Notes under the pieces: generated by a model
Told to the model about the DNA's origin: nothing
What the model saw: the letters and a program-made list of their open reading frames with translations, nothing else
Database searches by the model: none
Made by a program: the position numbers and the translations under genes
Source of the DNA: Verrucomicrobiota bacterium
Lineage (GTDB): Bacteria; Verrucomicrobiota; Verrucomicrobiia; Opitutales; Cerasicoccaceae
Length of the DNA: 38,239 bases
Direction: 5' to 3'
NCBI GenBank assembly: GCA_039818205.1
Contig: JBCBUK010000024.1
Location: 1-38,239 of the forward strand
Part shown: piece by piece, positions 19,501 through 28,396 of the stretch
Layout of the letters: every line of letters starts with the position of its first letter
Numbering within the stretch: the stretch's first letter is position 1

Positions 19501-20577
19501 GTTGAACCACGGAGCGCAACCGAATCCAAACTGCTGCAAATCTGGCAGCAGGTCTTTAATTTGGGATCTATCAGTTGCACCGATGATTTCTTTTCACTCG
19601 GTGGCAACTCCTTGTCCGCCGTCCGTTTCACCGCACTCCTTAAGAACGAACACGGATTTTCGTTAACCTATCACCAGTTGTTCACGGGAAGAACCATCCA
19701 ACAGCTTGCCGCAACGCTTGATGCCGAACAGGACGAGGCAATCGAACCAAATGAGCAACCCCGCAAACACGTCGTCACCTTGCGATCCGGCACTGCCAAA
19801 CCAACCCTCGTAATGCTGCATGGCATGGGTGGTGAGATGTTTGACCATCAGAAATTCGCCGCCCGTTTGGAAGGAGACAACCCAATCTATGGCGTGATGA
19901 ATCCAGATGCCAATCGCCAGGAGAATCCAGCGCAATCATTCGAAGAGCTGACCGAAATCTATTGCCGAGAGCTGCTCGAGCACGGTTTAAAGTCCCCCTT
20001 CTGCCTCTTTGGCTATTCGCTCGGCGGCTTCCTGGCATTTGCCGTTGCCCACCGCTTTCAAACCCTGGGCATGCCCGCGCAACAACTCTACCTGATCGAT
20101 GCCATCCCAACCAACCTCCCGTTTTGGCTACGGATACCCGCATCAATCAACTTTCGAATCAATAAGCTGCTGGACCAGATGAAGGGCAGCAAAACAACCG
20201 CGTCGCCGGTAGCGCCAACCGAAGACAGGAGTGTCTCTGGGCAGGCGAAGACTACCGGACAGCAACCAATACGACGCCGAGAATTTTTCGCGTCACTACG
20301 TCGCCGCTACATTCCGAAGCCCCTACCGATCAATACGATACTCTTTCGGTCAACCCATAATCACATGAACCTCAAGTCATCCTGGGGATATTTGACCAAG
20401 TACCAAACCCGAACAATCGTCGTCGATCGCGAGCATCATACCTTCATGGACAACCGCTTTAATCCACCGTTCTACAAGATCTTCAATCAGATTTGGCACG
20501 AAGAGCAAGAGAAGCGGAAACAGCCACCATCCAGGGAATTAGGGCCAGCGCGAGCGCAGAACAAACGCACAACCTAA
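16540..20577 (+). CDS. Single-module NRPS C-A(Gly)-PCP-TE
   Basis: C: HHVAFDG. A: YTSGSTGKPKG, FDISVLEL, NLYGPTETTVWS, YRTGDL. PCP: FFSLGGNSL. TE: GYSLGG. Specificity code read by eye as DILQLGLVWK (glycine-type). Confidence 0.93.
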   Translation: METTSKRALVSRIKRLSPFARERLYSRLREKSSPTDDAQASPTDSQKYFWLLDSIEPQPESLNLAFMIQLVGEDPQRKLIEKSIQWVVGQNDIFRQRLIANGDEIEIVVADEEVPFLVHRVNITAPEGNPMDLAVTQLQDANRLPFDLSKDLPIRTYIFTSNESTYAIGFIIHHVAFDGSSLNPFWDQITDNYEALSQGRTPQLLSAQSQYRAYQRRQTSRRSNEMIEQGLQFWKEQLAGANGKLELHDRRDTNINNNCEVFVDIPLKLLAQLETAARLQQTTPYILSLAAFYGLLQRHTGQKDIMLGAPTAIRPETRDESVVGCTLNMICLRQTIDPQCTYQSLVDSTRTVLDESLQHADYPYWEMLSGNQDPKSTQFEAYFQYGSFRGELKSLGQALARFRPVPAIATSLPLTVEIRPDAEHPTLSIKYDTQRISRRYAQRLCRRYLTLLESAIKQPNTSLCELALLDADERKEWQERLALNAKAYPSDATIHNLVEQSANGRPSQTAILFGYERITFGELIQQVNQVAANLSAQGICTGQRVGVSLKRHPKMIVAILATMRCGAAYVPLPPENPSDRIQLIVADAELAMIITDADYEWITRITVATVSLDSLFVQTGHELPAIPPTASEPAYIMYTSGSTGKPKGVVIEHRSAVNFLDSMADELGIESDDRLLALTTISFDISVLELFLPLIQGAEMVLGTESMQREPEQIIHALGQHDITHFQATPTTWQMLIEVGWKGKGNLNILCGGESMGEVLAAKLLACGRSLWNLYGPTETTVWSTIQQIHSANEISIGHPIANTTVLIVDRDLKPVLPCVVGEILIGGDGLAREYWRRDQLTAKRFIHLEIGDQPMRLYRTGDLGRYNAEGHLECLGRMDHQIKIRGHRIEIEEIERVVNDLPINGKAVVVAHQDPNQGTQLVTYYTGDPREGVEEWKQVLLQKLPAIMVPRHWVNLETFPKTASGKVDRKMLAGLTVSEIQRETVFVEPRSATESKLLQIWQQVFNLGSISCTDDFFSLGGNSLSAVRFTALLKNEHGFSLTYHQLFTGRTIQQLAATLDAEQDEAIEPNEQPRKHVVTLRSGTAKPTLVMLHGMGGEMFDHQKFAARLEGDNPIYGVMNPDANRQENPAQSFEELTEIYCRELLEHGLKSPFCLFGYSLGGFLAFAVAHRFQTLGMPAQQLYLIDAIPTNLPFWLRIPASINFRINKLLDQMKGSKTTASPVAPTEDRSVSGQAKTTGQQPIRRREFFASLRRRYIPKPLPINTILFRSTHNHMNLKSSWGYLTKYQTRTIVVDREHHTFMDNRFNPPFYKIFNQIWHEEQEKRKQPPSRELGPARAQNKRTT

Positions 20578-20699
20578 ATGTGACATTTTCCGTTCCGAGG
20601 AAAATAGGACAGTACAGCCTTGAAAGACACTCAATGATTACCTATCATCAAAATCAGTGCTTTTCCCGCCCCATACTACAGCAAATCACCTAGCAAGGC

Positions 20700-22568
20700 A
20701 TGGTAGCTACAACACCAGACACGACCCTTCGGGAACGCATTGAGGGTATCGCTTCACAATCTTCTAACAACCATTTGTTGGAGGCGCCTGGCCATGAACC
20801 GCTTAGCTATGCGGCAGTACTCGAACTGATCGCGCACATTTCGCAGTATTTTCAAGACGCCAGTGCAAACTCCCATCCGCGAATTGCCATCGCCGTTACC
20901 GACTCGCCGCAAAGTGTCACCTGCTTCCTTGCCGCAATGTCCGCTGGCGTTGCCTGCCCGGTGAATCCCAGGGAGCGCTTGTCCAGCTATCGCGAGTATT
21001 TCCGCGAACTCAAACCGGATCTGCTAGTCTGGTCTCGCGATGCCAACGAAGCGGCAGTCGAAGCTGCCCAAGGATTGGCGTTGCCGGTTCACGAACTCGT
21101 ACGCCCGCCCAGCGGGCCCGCCGGCGAGTTCTCGCTCGAACAAATTCACGAAACGGCCACGGCCGCTCAGCGCCCTCAAGGCGCCGTTGAGGACATCGCA
21201 TTGATTCTGCCCACGTCGGGATCAACTGGCATGCCCAAGCGCGCGCCCCATCGCTTGCATCATCTCTGGACCACCGCCTGTAATACGGCAGCAACCTTGG
21301 AGCTCAGTGCGTCTGATCGAAATCTGCTAGCCATCCCAATGTTTCACGCCCACGGATTGGTCTCTGGTGTCCTCATGCCATTGGTGTCCGGCGGGACCAT
21401 TGTTTGCCCAGGCATTTTCGCAATTGAACACTGGGATGACTGGATGGCCACCTACCGCCCGACCTGGTATTCGGTCGGACCAACGGTTCATCGGGAGATC
21501 ATGGCGCACCTTCGAGAACGCGACGTGATGCGCCCCTACCCCGCCCTTCGTTTTGTGCGTTCGGGATCCGCGCCTCTTGAATCCAGCTTCATCCGGGAAG
21601 TGAATGAGCGCTTGGGAGTCCCATTAATAGAAGCCTACGGTTTGTCAGAAGCACCCCATGTCTCGTGCAATCCGATTCAATCACCTCGATCCGGGTCGGT
21701 CGGCCAATCAGTGGGTCCAAAGATCGCGATCATAGATGACAATGGTTGCGAACGCCCGACCGACGAGTGCGGTGAGATTGCCCTTAAAGGCGAAACGATT
21801 ATTCGAGGGTATGACGGTGAAGAGCAAGCTCCAGCCAAGCATGTAGACCAATGGTTTAGAACCGGTGACTACGGGCGGCTAGACGAAAATGGCTATCTGT
21901 ATATCGAAGGGAGAATCAAAGAGATCATCAATCGCGGTGGCGAGAAAGTCATGCCGCTGGAGGTCGATCGTGCGCTAGCCACGCATCCCAGTGTAAGCGG
22001 GGCATTATCATTCTCCGTTCCCCACCCGACCCTGGGGGAAGACATTGCGGCAGCTGTAACCCTAAGGGCTGGCAACAAAGTAACTGAGACGGAGCTACGA
22101 GCACACGCCTTGACTGCGCTAGGTTATATCAAATCCCCCTCCAGGATATTAATCGTCCCGTCATTTCCGACCGGTCCAACTGGGAAGCCTCTGCGCTCAA
22201 AGCTATGGGAAGCCTATGGGTCGACATTAGATGCTCCATATCGGGCGCCCGCCAACGATGCAGAGTCCATTATCTGCGAGCTATATGCCAGCGTGCTGCG
22301 ACTCGGTCAGGTGGGAGCCGATGACAATTTCTTTGTGCTAGGGGGCGACTCACTGAAAGCGCAACGGGTGATCGCACGCTTGAATGCGAAGTACACGCTT
22401 CATTGCAAAGCGAATCTCCTATTTCGCCATCCAACACCCGCGAACCTTGCCCGACAACTGACTGTCGAAATCGAGGAATCACGAGAAGTTGAAGCGCTGC
22501 TTGAGGAATTGAGGCAGCTGCCCCCAGAGGACTTGAATGACATCCTAAACGAAGCGGAGGCCTCCTGA
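20700..22568 (+). CDS. Acyl-adenylating enzyme (oxalate-CoA ligase AAE3/PCS60/Fum10p-like) fused to a carrier protein
   Basis: PMFHAHGL, PTWYSVGPTVH, LRFVRSGSAPL, IEAYGLSEAPH, GRIKEIINRGGEKV; C-terminal PCP FFVLGGDSL and an acidic docking-like tail. Confidence 0.85.
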   Translation: MVATTPDTTLRERIEGIASQSSNNHLLEAPGHEPLSYAAVLELIAHISQYFQDASANSHPRIAIAVTDSPQSVTCFLAAMSAGVACPVNPRERLSSYREYFRELKPDLLVWSRDANEAAVEAAQGLALPVHELVRPPSGPAGEFSLEQIHETATAAQRPQGAVEDIALILPTSGSTGMPKRAPHRLHHLWTTACNTAATLELSASDRNLLAIPMFHAHGLVSGVLMPLVSGGTIVCPGIFAIEHWDDWMATYRPTWYSVGPTVHREIMAHLRERDVMRPYPALRFVRSGSAPLESSFIREVNERLGVPLIEAYGLSEAPHVSCNPIQSPRSGSVGQSVGPKIAIIDDNGCERPTDECGEIALKGETIIRGYDGEEQAPAKHVDQWFRTGDYGRLDENGYLYIEGRIKEIINRGGEKVMPLEVDRALATHPSVSGALSFSVPHPTLGEDIAAAVTLRAGNKVTETELRAHALTALGYIKSPSRILIVPSFPTGPTGKPLRSKLWEAYGSTLDAPYRAPANDAESIICELYASVLRLGQVGADDNFFVLGGDSLKAQRVIARLNAKYTLHCKANLLFRHPTPANLARQLTVEIEESREVEALLEELRQLPPEDLNDILNEAEAS

Positions 22569-23338
22569 TGAAGAAACAACGTTTTCACGAAAGAAGCGCA
22601 GTCATTACCGGAGCCAGCCGCGGCATCGGCCGGGCGACGGCAATTGTGCTTGCTCGCGAAGGCGCCGATCTGCTCCTCCACGGTCGCGATGAAACTGCAC
22701 TAAATGGCCTTCAGCAGGAGCTTAACATCTATGGCGGTAACTACGCGGTTTGCATTGCTGATCTGGGGCAACCTGGCTACGCGGAGAAAATCGTTAGATC
22801 CGCGCAATGTGAACTCGGTCGGATCGATGTCTTGATTAACAACTGTGGCGGGGGCGTCGCGAAACAACCCTTTCATGAATTACCAGTGAATCAGCTGCAG
22901 AAAGTCTATCAACTCAACTTAGAGTCCGTATTCCTGCTGACTCAGCAGGTCATACCGGTAATGCTCAAGCAGCAGTACGGAAGAATTGTTAATGTGGCAT
23001 CCCTAGCCGGGCGCAAGTATAGCCCGTTAGCATGTGCTGACTATACGATGGCGAAAGCCGGGCTCATTGGGCTCACCCGACAGCTGGCGATGGAGTATGC
23101 CTCGCAGGGGATCGGCATCAATGCTGCTGCGCCGGGCATTACGTTGTCGGAGCGCATCGTAGATCGCTGGAATCAGAAAACGGATGAACAACGCAAACAA
23201 ATCGTTAGTGAGACTCCCATGGGTCGCCCCGCACAACTCGAAGAAGTCGCCCTCCCCATTGCCTTTCTTGCCTCCGATGAGGCAGCCTACATAACCGGCC
23301 ACACGTTGGACATCAACGGTGGCGCTATGATGAACTAG
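22568..23338 (+). CDS. Classical short-chain dehydrogenase/reductase (FabG-like)
   Basis: TGASRGIG, NNCG, YTMAK (YxxxK), ITGHTLDINGG; start overlaps the upstream stop. Confidence 0.92.
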   Translation: MKKQRFHERSAVITGASRGIGRATAIVLAREGADLLLHGRDETALNGLQQELNIYGGNYAVCIADLGQPGYAEKIVRSAQCELGRIDVLINNCGGGVAKQPFHELPVNQLQKVYQLNLESVFLLTQQVIPVMLKQQYGRIVNVASLAGRKYSPLACADYTMAKAGLIGLTRQLAMEYASQGIGINAAAPGITLSERIVDRWNQKTDEQRKQIVSETPMGRPAQLEEVALPIAFLASDEAAYITGHTLDINGGAMMN

Positions 23339-23340
23339 CC

Positions 23341-25128
23341 ATGGATACTACTGCTGATATACTTGCCAGATGGCTGAACCAAAACGGACATCAATCAGTC
23401 TTTAGCGTTCCTGGTCTCCAGATCGATCCAATCTGGCTGAACCTGATCAACGACCCGTTAATCAACCTAATCACCGCAACTCATGAAGCCGCCGCCGGAT
23501 TCATGGCTGACGGTTACGCTCGCAAATCGCGCGATTTGGGCGTGTGCCTTTCCATCGGTTCGGTGGGGTTAGCGAACCTGGCAATCGCCATTCTCACGGC
23601 GAAGTCCGACAATTCTCCGGTCATGTTTATCACCGGGGAACCACCAGCTCACTTGAACGGCTTTTTTCCGTTTCAAGATACGAGCCCGCAAGGCTCACAT
23701 GACCAAGCCTATATCAAGCCGTTGATCAAGCGCTCCTTTCAGATTACCAACCTAGCCACTATGGCGTCCGTACTCGACCAGGCGCGAAGCACGGCGCTTA
23801 GCTATCCCCGTGGCCCCGTGCACGTGTCGATTCCATTTGGCCTACCCCATCACACAACTGTGCCGAGTTCGATCCGCCCCCGGTCCGACCATGACCTTCC
23901 GCTATCACTCAACCGCGATATCTCAGTAATCATTGATCGCCTTCGTGAATGCCAAAATGCCGTAGCACTTATTGGTTACCCGAATCTTGAATCGCAAACG
24001 ATCCAACCCTTCCTTGAAAACTATCTGATCCCATTCGCGACGACGCTTGGCACGAAAGGACTCATCTCTGAATCCCACCCACTTAGTCTGGGGAACTTCG
24101 GCTTTGCTGGCAGTTCACTCGCGAATGAGGCCCTGTTGAGAGATGACATCGATTTGCTGCTTTGCCTAGGAGTTACCTTTGGCGAACGTAATACACTCAA
24201 CTGGAGCAGTGATCTTTTTCACAATCGCGATCTCATTGCAATCGGCTGTCAAGAATCTGGCCATGAACCCAGCCGTTCAACGACGTCGATCAATCATAAC
24301 CCTGCGATCGTATTGAGGGAGCTCAGAAAGCGAGCATCAGCCTTACAACCTCTTAAAGCTTCATCCCCAAAACGAGCCACCTGGCTCAGCAATACATTCA
24401 CAGCAAATTGCCACATAGACGTCACCATACCGCGGGCTGATGACGAAACCATCGACCCGAACGGGATCATGTCCGCGCTGAGACGACTGCCAGAAAGCAA
24501 TAGCATCGTCATAGACGCAGGATCGGCCCGTACCCTATTTGGCAAGTATTGGGAATGCCACTCACCACATACCTTTTTCTCATCCGCCGCAACGGGCTCC
24601 ATGGGTTGGTCACTTGGAGCCGCTGCCGGCATCGCGCTAGCTGGAAAAAAGGATCCCGTAACGATCGTCATCGGCGATGGCTCACTACTCATGTACGGGA
24701 ATGAACTCCGGACGCTCAAGGAGTCCAATACCCCAGCTGTGATTGTTCTACTCAACAACAGTGCCTACGGATCAATTCACAAGCGGTGTGAGAATGACCA
24801 AACAAAGCAAGATGCTTCGCTCCAATCCATCAATTGGGCAGCCTACGCGGCTTCCTTCAACATTGAGTATCGCCTTATCGAACGGGCTGACGATATGAAA
24901 GAACCCATTGATCGGTTCATCAGCAATTGGCACGACAAACAGCACTCACCGATGCTTCTGGACGTGCGAGTTCCGATCGACTGGGTCCCCACTAGCGACA
25001 AAAACGGTTATAACACGGAGCCCTACAGCGCGGCATCGAGCCGCCAAGCACCAATGGGAGCCGAACACGCCTACACGATTACAAGAGAGCCCAGAGTCAC
25101 CCAACACCCACCCACAATCAAAGCCTAG
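23341..25128 (+). CDS. Thiamine-pyrophosphate-dependent enzyme (acetolactate synthase-like family)
   Basis: HEAAAGFMADGYAR, GPVHVSIP, GSMGWSLGAAAG, and the GDGSLLM...LNN TPP-binding motif. Confidence 0.9.
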   Translation: MDTTADILARWLNQNGHQSVFSVPGLQIDPIWLNLINDPLINLITATHEAAAGFMADGYARKSRDLGVCLSIGSVGLANLAIAILTAKSDNSPVMFITGEPPAHLNGFFPFQDTSPQGSHDQAYIKPLIKRSFQITNLATMASVLDQARSTALSYPRGPVHVSIPFGLPHHTTVPSSIRPRSDHDLPLSLNRDISVIIDRLRECQNAVALIGYPNLESQTIQPFLENYLIPFATTLGTKGLISESHPLSLGNFGFAGSSLANEALLRDDIDLLLCLGVTFGERNTLNWSSDLFHNRDLIAIGCQESGHEPSRSTTSINHNPAIVLRELRKRASALQPLKASSPKRATWLSNTFTANCHIDVTIPRADDETIDPNGIMSALRRLPESNSIVIDAGSARTLFGKYWECHSPHTFFSSAATGSMGWSLGAAAGIALAGKKDPVTIVIGDGSLLMYGNELRTLKESNTPAVIVLLNNSAYGSIHKRCENDQTKQDASLQSINWAAYAASFNIEYRLIERADDMKEPIDRFISNWHDKQHSPMLLDVRVPIDWVPTSDKNGYNTEPYSAASSRQAPMGAEHAYTITREPRVTQHPPTIKA

Positions 25129-25262
25129 CCAGTCCCGCACTACTGTTTCAACACATGATCAGACTAGAAAGCTAACCAGTCGCAGTTTCCAAGGTCGGCA
25201 CGCACCAACCAACGAGCCACTTCTACGGCAACTCGACCTAAGCAGCTAAGCGAGCTTATCCC

Positions 25263-25347
25263 GTATCGTCGGGCTGAGAGGATTCGAACCTCAAAGTTGA
25301 ATACCAAACACTTACAAACCCCGGTGGGCGTTTGGTGGGCGGGATTT
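25263..25347 (-). repeat. att-like repeat R2: tRNA-Pro-like 3' end plus conserved arm
   Basis: gtatcgtcgggctgagaggattcgaacctc retains the full T-arm (GAGGTTCGAATCCTC on the minus strand); the arm is nearly identical to R1, with gtgggcg at 25324 and 25335. Confidence 0.9.
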
Positions 25348-26788
25348 CAAGGGGGACGTCGGTCAATCCGATAAGGGTCGGGCGACAGCTAATTGCTTGA
25401 GCAAACTATACGATTCAAGTCTCATAGGGTATTCAACCATACTGTTTCCATGTCCGACCTAATACATCCCAAAGTTAAAGAATTCTCAGCGGATGTCGCC
25501 AAAGAATTCAATCTTGATGAGAAATTCACAGAGTTCGTGCTTTCTGACAACAAGCCGCTTTGCTTCGAGTATCGTGTCGAGAATCCTTCGAATGGATGGA
25601 CTTGTTATTTACCCGACGAGGTCGAGGTTGCCTACCCCCTTTGGTCATGCAATGCAGATCAAACATTGCTCTGTGTAGACAAAGGCGGTTACTGGTTCGC
25701 TCGCGGCTATCATGACGACCACGACCTGAACAGAATTTCAAACTCTCACCAGGGGCTACTCGCCGATCTATTCATTTCATTGTATGAGTCTGAAGAAACC
25801 GATTTCGCATTAAAAGAAGCTGCCTCGGCTAGTGGATTTAGATTTCTGGAAAAAGTACTCGAATTTCTTGAACAAGAACACGAGGACCACTACGGCGAGT
25901 GCGAAAAATTCGTTCTCGAGGTAGACATACTGGCAGCGGAACCACCAACGGAAGAAGAGCTGAAACGAGTCGAAAACTTTCTATACATTAGCAAAGAGGA
26001 AACCACCAAGAGAGAAATTCCAGCAACCGCTATCGAATCACTTAAAAATAGAGGCCTGGTCGTATCAGAACCTTATCCGCTATCGCACTCTGAGTATGCC
26101 TGCGGATTAAGAATCTTGAAACCGATTGCGGCGGGCGGGAACAGTCACCCATTCGAGATCAGAACAGTCGATGAAACCAACACTGATGGGCCTATTTTCT
26201 ATCTCTTCAAACAAGATGATGAGTGGGCTCTTGAAACAATACTCCAGGTGGGTAGCAAACCACCCATTAAAACTTACCAGGATGTTGATGGAGCAATCGA
26301 CTATCTCATTGATCTATTCTTCGGGGCGCCAGACAACATGCGCGCCCTTAACCAATCCCCATACGATAACCGTCAAGAGGTCATCGATTACGCCATCACT
26401 GTAGCGAACCAGACGTTAGCGAATACCATCAGCCTAACAGAGGGAGTCATAAGCCTTGCGAGTTTATCGCAATATCTTGGGCCTCAAAAAGATCTTGTTC
26501 GACCTTTTCACGGATGGAGCGGTCGGCTCAGCCTCTTCCCGGTAGGAGACGTCCGCAAGCGTTGGAATCCCGATGCACTTGCGAAATTTGATGCTGAACG
26601 AGATCAGGCTGAAGCACCCCTTAGAGCCATTGTAACCGAAACTTGTCAGCACCTGATACAACAGCTTAGTTAACTAGAAGCGTTGGTGTTAAATTAATAC
26701 TTCTTGGAGCTAGCCCAAGCTTCCAAGAACATACTCACAAGGCCATTAATCAATCATTAAGTGGTTGCTTTTCAATTACTTAAGAAAC
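25266..26788. mobile_element. Integrase-less cassette B (~1.5 kb, one gene) between R2 and R3
   Basis: Bounded by att-like repeats; a single long ORF. Confidence 0.6.
25450..26673 (+). CDS. Hypothetical acidic protein, apparently three fused modules, with a C-terminal DUF2489-like domain
   Basis: ATG 25450 preferred over TTG 25393; C-terminal EGVISLASL...FPVGDVRKRWNPDALAKFDAER resembles DUF2489 as recalled. Confidence 0.6.
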   Translation: MSDLIHPKVKEFSADVAKEFNLDEKFTEFVLSDNKPLCFEYRVENPSNGWTCYLPDEVEVAYPLWSCNADQTLLCVDKGGYWFARGYHDDHDLNRISNSHQGLLADLFISLYESEETDFALKEAASASGFRFLEKVLEFLEQEHEDHYGECEKFVLEVDILAAEPPTEEELKRVENFLYISKEETTKREIPATAIESLKNRGLVVSEPYPLSHSEYACGLRILKPIAAGGNSHPFEIRTVDETNTDGPIFYLFKQDDEWALETILQVGSKPPIKTYQDVDGAIDYLIDLFFGAPDNMRALNQSPYDNRQEVIDYAITVANQTLANTISLTEGVISLASLSQYLGPQKDLVRPFHGWSGRLSLFPVGDVRKRWNPDALAKFDAERDQAEAPLRAIVTETCQHLIQQLS

Positions 26789-26858
26789 TTGTCCGGCTGA
26801 GAGGATTCGACACCCAGCGTTGACTACCGAACACTCACAAATCCCGGTGGGCGGAATT
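26789..26858 (-). repeat. att-like repeat R3 (more diverged)
   Basis: ttgtccggctgagaggattcga is 20/22 identical to R1; then gttgactaccgaacactcacaaatcccggtgggcggaatt with one gtgggcg unit. Confidence 0.85.
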
Positions 26859-26992
26859 CTACACCATCAATAGCGCGCCAACGCCTGAGGTCCCGACTTG
26901 AATCTCCGGGAAAGCCAAAGAACCTGAAACCTCGTCCTGAACTTGGACTGCACCGTATTCTCCTTAAAATTGATCCACCACCGACTAAATTT

Positions 26993-28372
26993 TCAATACG
27001 GAACCAATAACGACGCGGTATACTTTCGTTTTTGCTTCTCGAGCAGGCGTTGCACCTGAGCTTTCTCATCGATTCCAAGCTCAACGACCTGAACCGTCTG
27101 CTCCATCTCACTCAGTTGCTCGAAGCTGGCAACCATCGTGGCATTTTCAATCAACTGCATTCGCTCCTCAACATCATCGACTTCAAAAGCCCACTTGGTT
27201 GCTGCAACGGGATCGCTTGCCAACAAATGCGTTGAGGTGGCCTTCGCTCCAGCGTCATGAAACTCGGGATTGTCTTGGTTCTGCAACCACACCAATGCCG
27301 CATCGTAATCCTTTCGCAACCAACTACTGATTGCTGTCTCCGCCACGTCGGCATTGCCACCAGAATCCAACTGCTCCAACACCCCGATGACCTGTTTAGG
27401 AACCATCTCAGAAAGGGGTCCAATCATTTTGATTACCGACTGTGGTGGAAGTGCTTCCGGTCGATCCAAAACCGAAGCCAGGAGTCGCTCAGGATCTTGG
27501 TATCCAAACTCTATCACCAAGTGGTCGATGGCGCTATCGCGGAGAGATTCATTTGGCTGGTTGAGGCTCCACTGAATGGCACTATTCAAATTCTGCGTTC
27601 CCAAATGGCGAAGGATCGGTTGAACCAACTGCCGCTGGAGCACTTCGTTCTCTAGCTGACCAAAGAGCTCCTTCGCATCCTCTGGATCGACTTCAGCATA
27701 AGCGGTAAAGGCCGCCACGTAACCTTGAGTAAGCGCGTACTCGGAGATATCGTAGGCTTCAAACTCTGCAAGGGCGGTGAAGGCTTGTTGAACATCCGCT
27801 TTGGCCCAACCGGATGCCAGAGCAATCACGAGCTGATCGCGGTCCTCCCGCAATCGAAGCATACCCAAATAACGGGTCGCTTCTCTAGGCGCCTGCCTCG
27901 CCATTTCTTCAAGAACCAGAATCTGCTTGCGGGCATATCCCTCCTTGGAAAAAAGGCTCTGATTTCTTTGCAACCAGTCGTACGCGGCGACGGGATCGCG
28001 GAATCGCCAAGCCTCAACCAGTTCATTCTTGTAACGTTCCAAAGTCGCGGGCCCACGACTAAGCATAAGCCTCGCGGCCGCCCCGGGGTCTCTTCTCAAC
28101 ACTTCCATTAAGAGAAACCCATCCAAGGACTGCAGAATTTCCTGCAGTTGCTCACCCGTCAGACCACTCGCATCCAGCGACTCCACAATGACATCAGGCG
28201 TCGAGGATGGAACGAGTAGTTCGATCTGATCCTCTTCGTTTTGACTGGGCATCGCCACCTCGCGAACAATTACCTGTTCCTCTACCGATGACGGAGCAAC
28301 AAAGAAACCACGAACGTAGAATCCAACTGCTAAGCTAGCAAGAGAAACCAGTGCCAAACTAAGAAGCTTCAT
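26993..28372 (-). CDS. Membrane-anchored alpha-helical repeat protein (W-x-x-x-DP-x-AA-x-x-W type)
   Basis: N-terminal TM from ATG 28372 (MKLLSLALVSLASLAVGFYV); repeats WRFRDPVAAYDWL, WAKADVQQA, WLRKDYDAALVWL, SDPVAATKWA. Confidence 0.75.
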   Translation of the reverse strand: MKLLSLALVSLASLAVGFYVRGFFVAPSSVEEQVIVREVAMPSQNEEDQIELLVPSSTPDVIVESLDASGLTGEQLQEILQSLDGFLLMEVLRRDPGAAARLMLSRGPATLERYKNELVEAWRFRDPVAAYDWLQRNQSLFSKEGYARKQILVLEEMARQAPREATRYLGMLRLREDRDQLVIALASGWAKADVQQAFTALAEFEAYDISEYALTQGYVAAFTAYAEVDPEDAKELFGQLENEVLQRQLVQPILRHLGTQNLNSAIQWSLNQPNESLRDSAIDHLVIEFGYQDPERLLASVLDRPEALPPQSVIKMIGPLSEMVPKQVIGVLEQLDSGGNADVAETAISSWLRKDYDAALVWLQNQDNPEFHDAGAKATSTHLLASDPVAATKWAFEVDDVEERMQLIENATMVASFEQLSEMEQTVQVVELGIDEKAQVQRLLEKQKRKYTASLLVPY

Positions 28373-28396
28373 AACAAAAAAATTGGGGTAGCGGTT

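Larger units (their letters stand above)
15554..25265. mobile_element. Integrase-less cassette A (~9.7 kb): NRPS biosynthetic cluster between R1 and R2
   Basis: Bounded by direct att-like repeats; five biosynthetic genes fill it and no recombinase ORF is present. Confidence 0.7.

Noticed and set aside
26701..26729. Hairpin after the cassette B gene as a terminator
   Set aside because: Bulged stem without a following T-tract; function unsupported.
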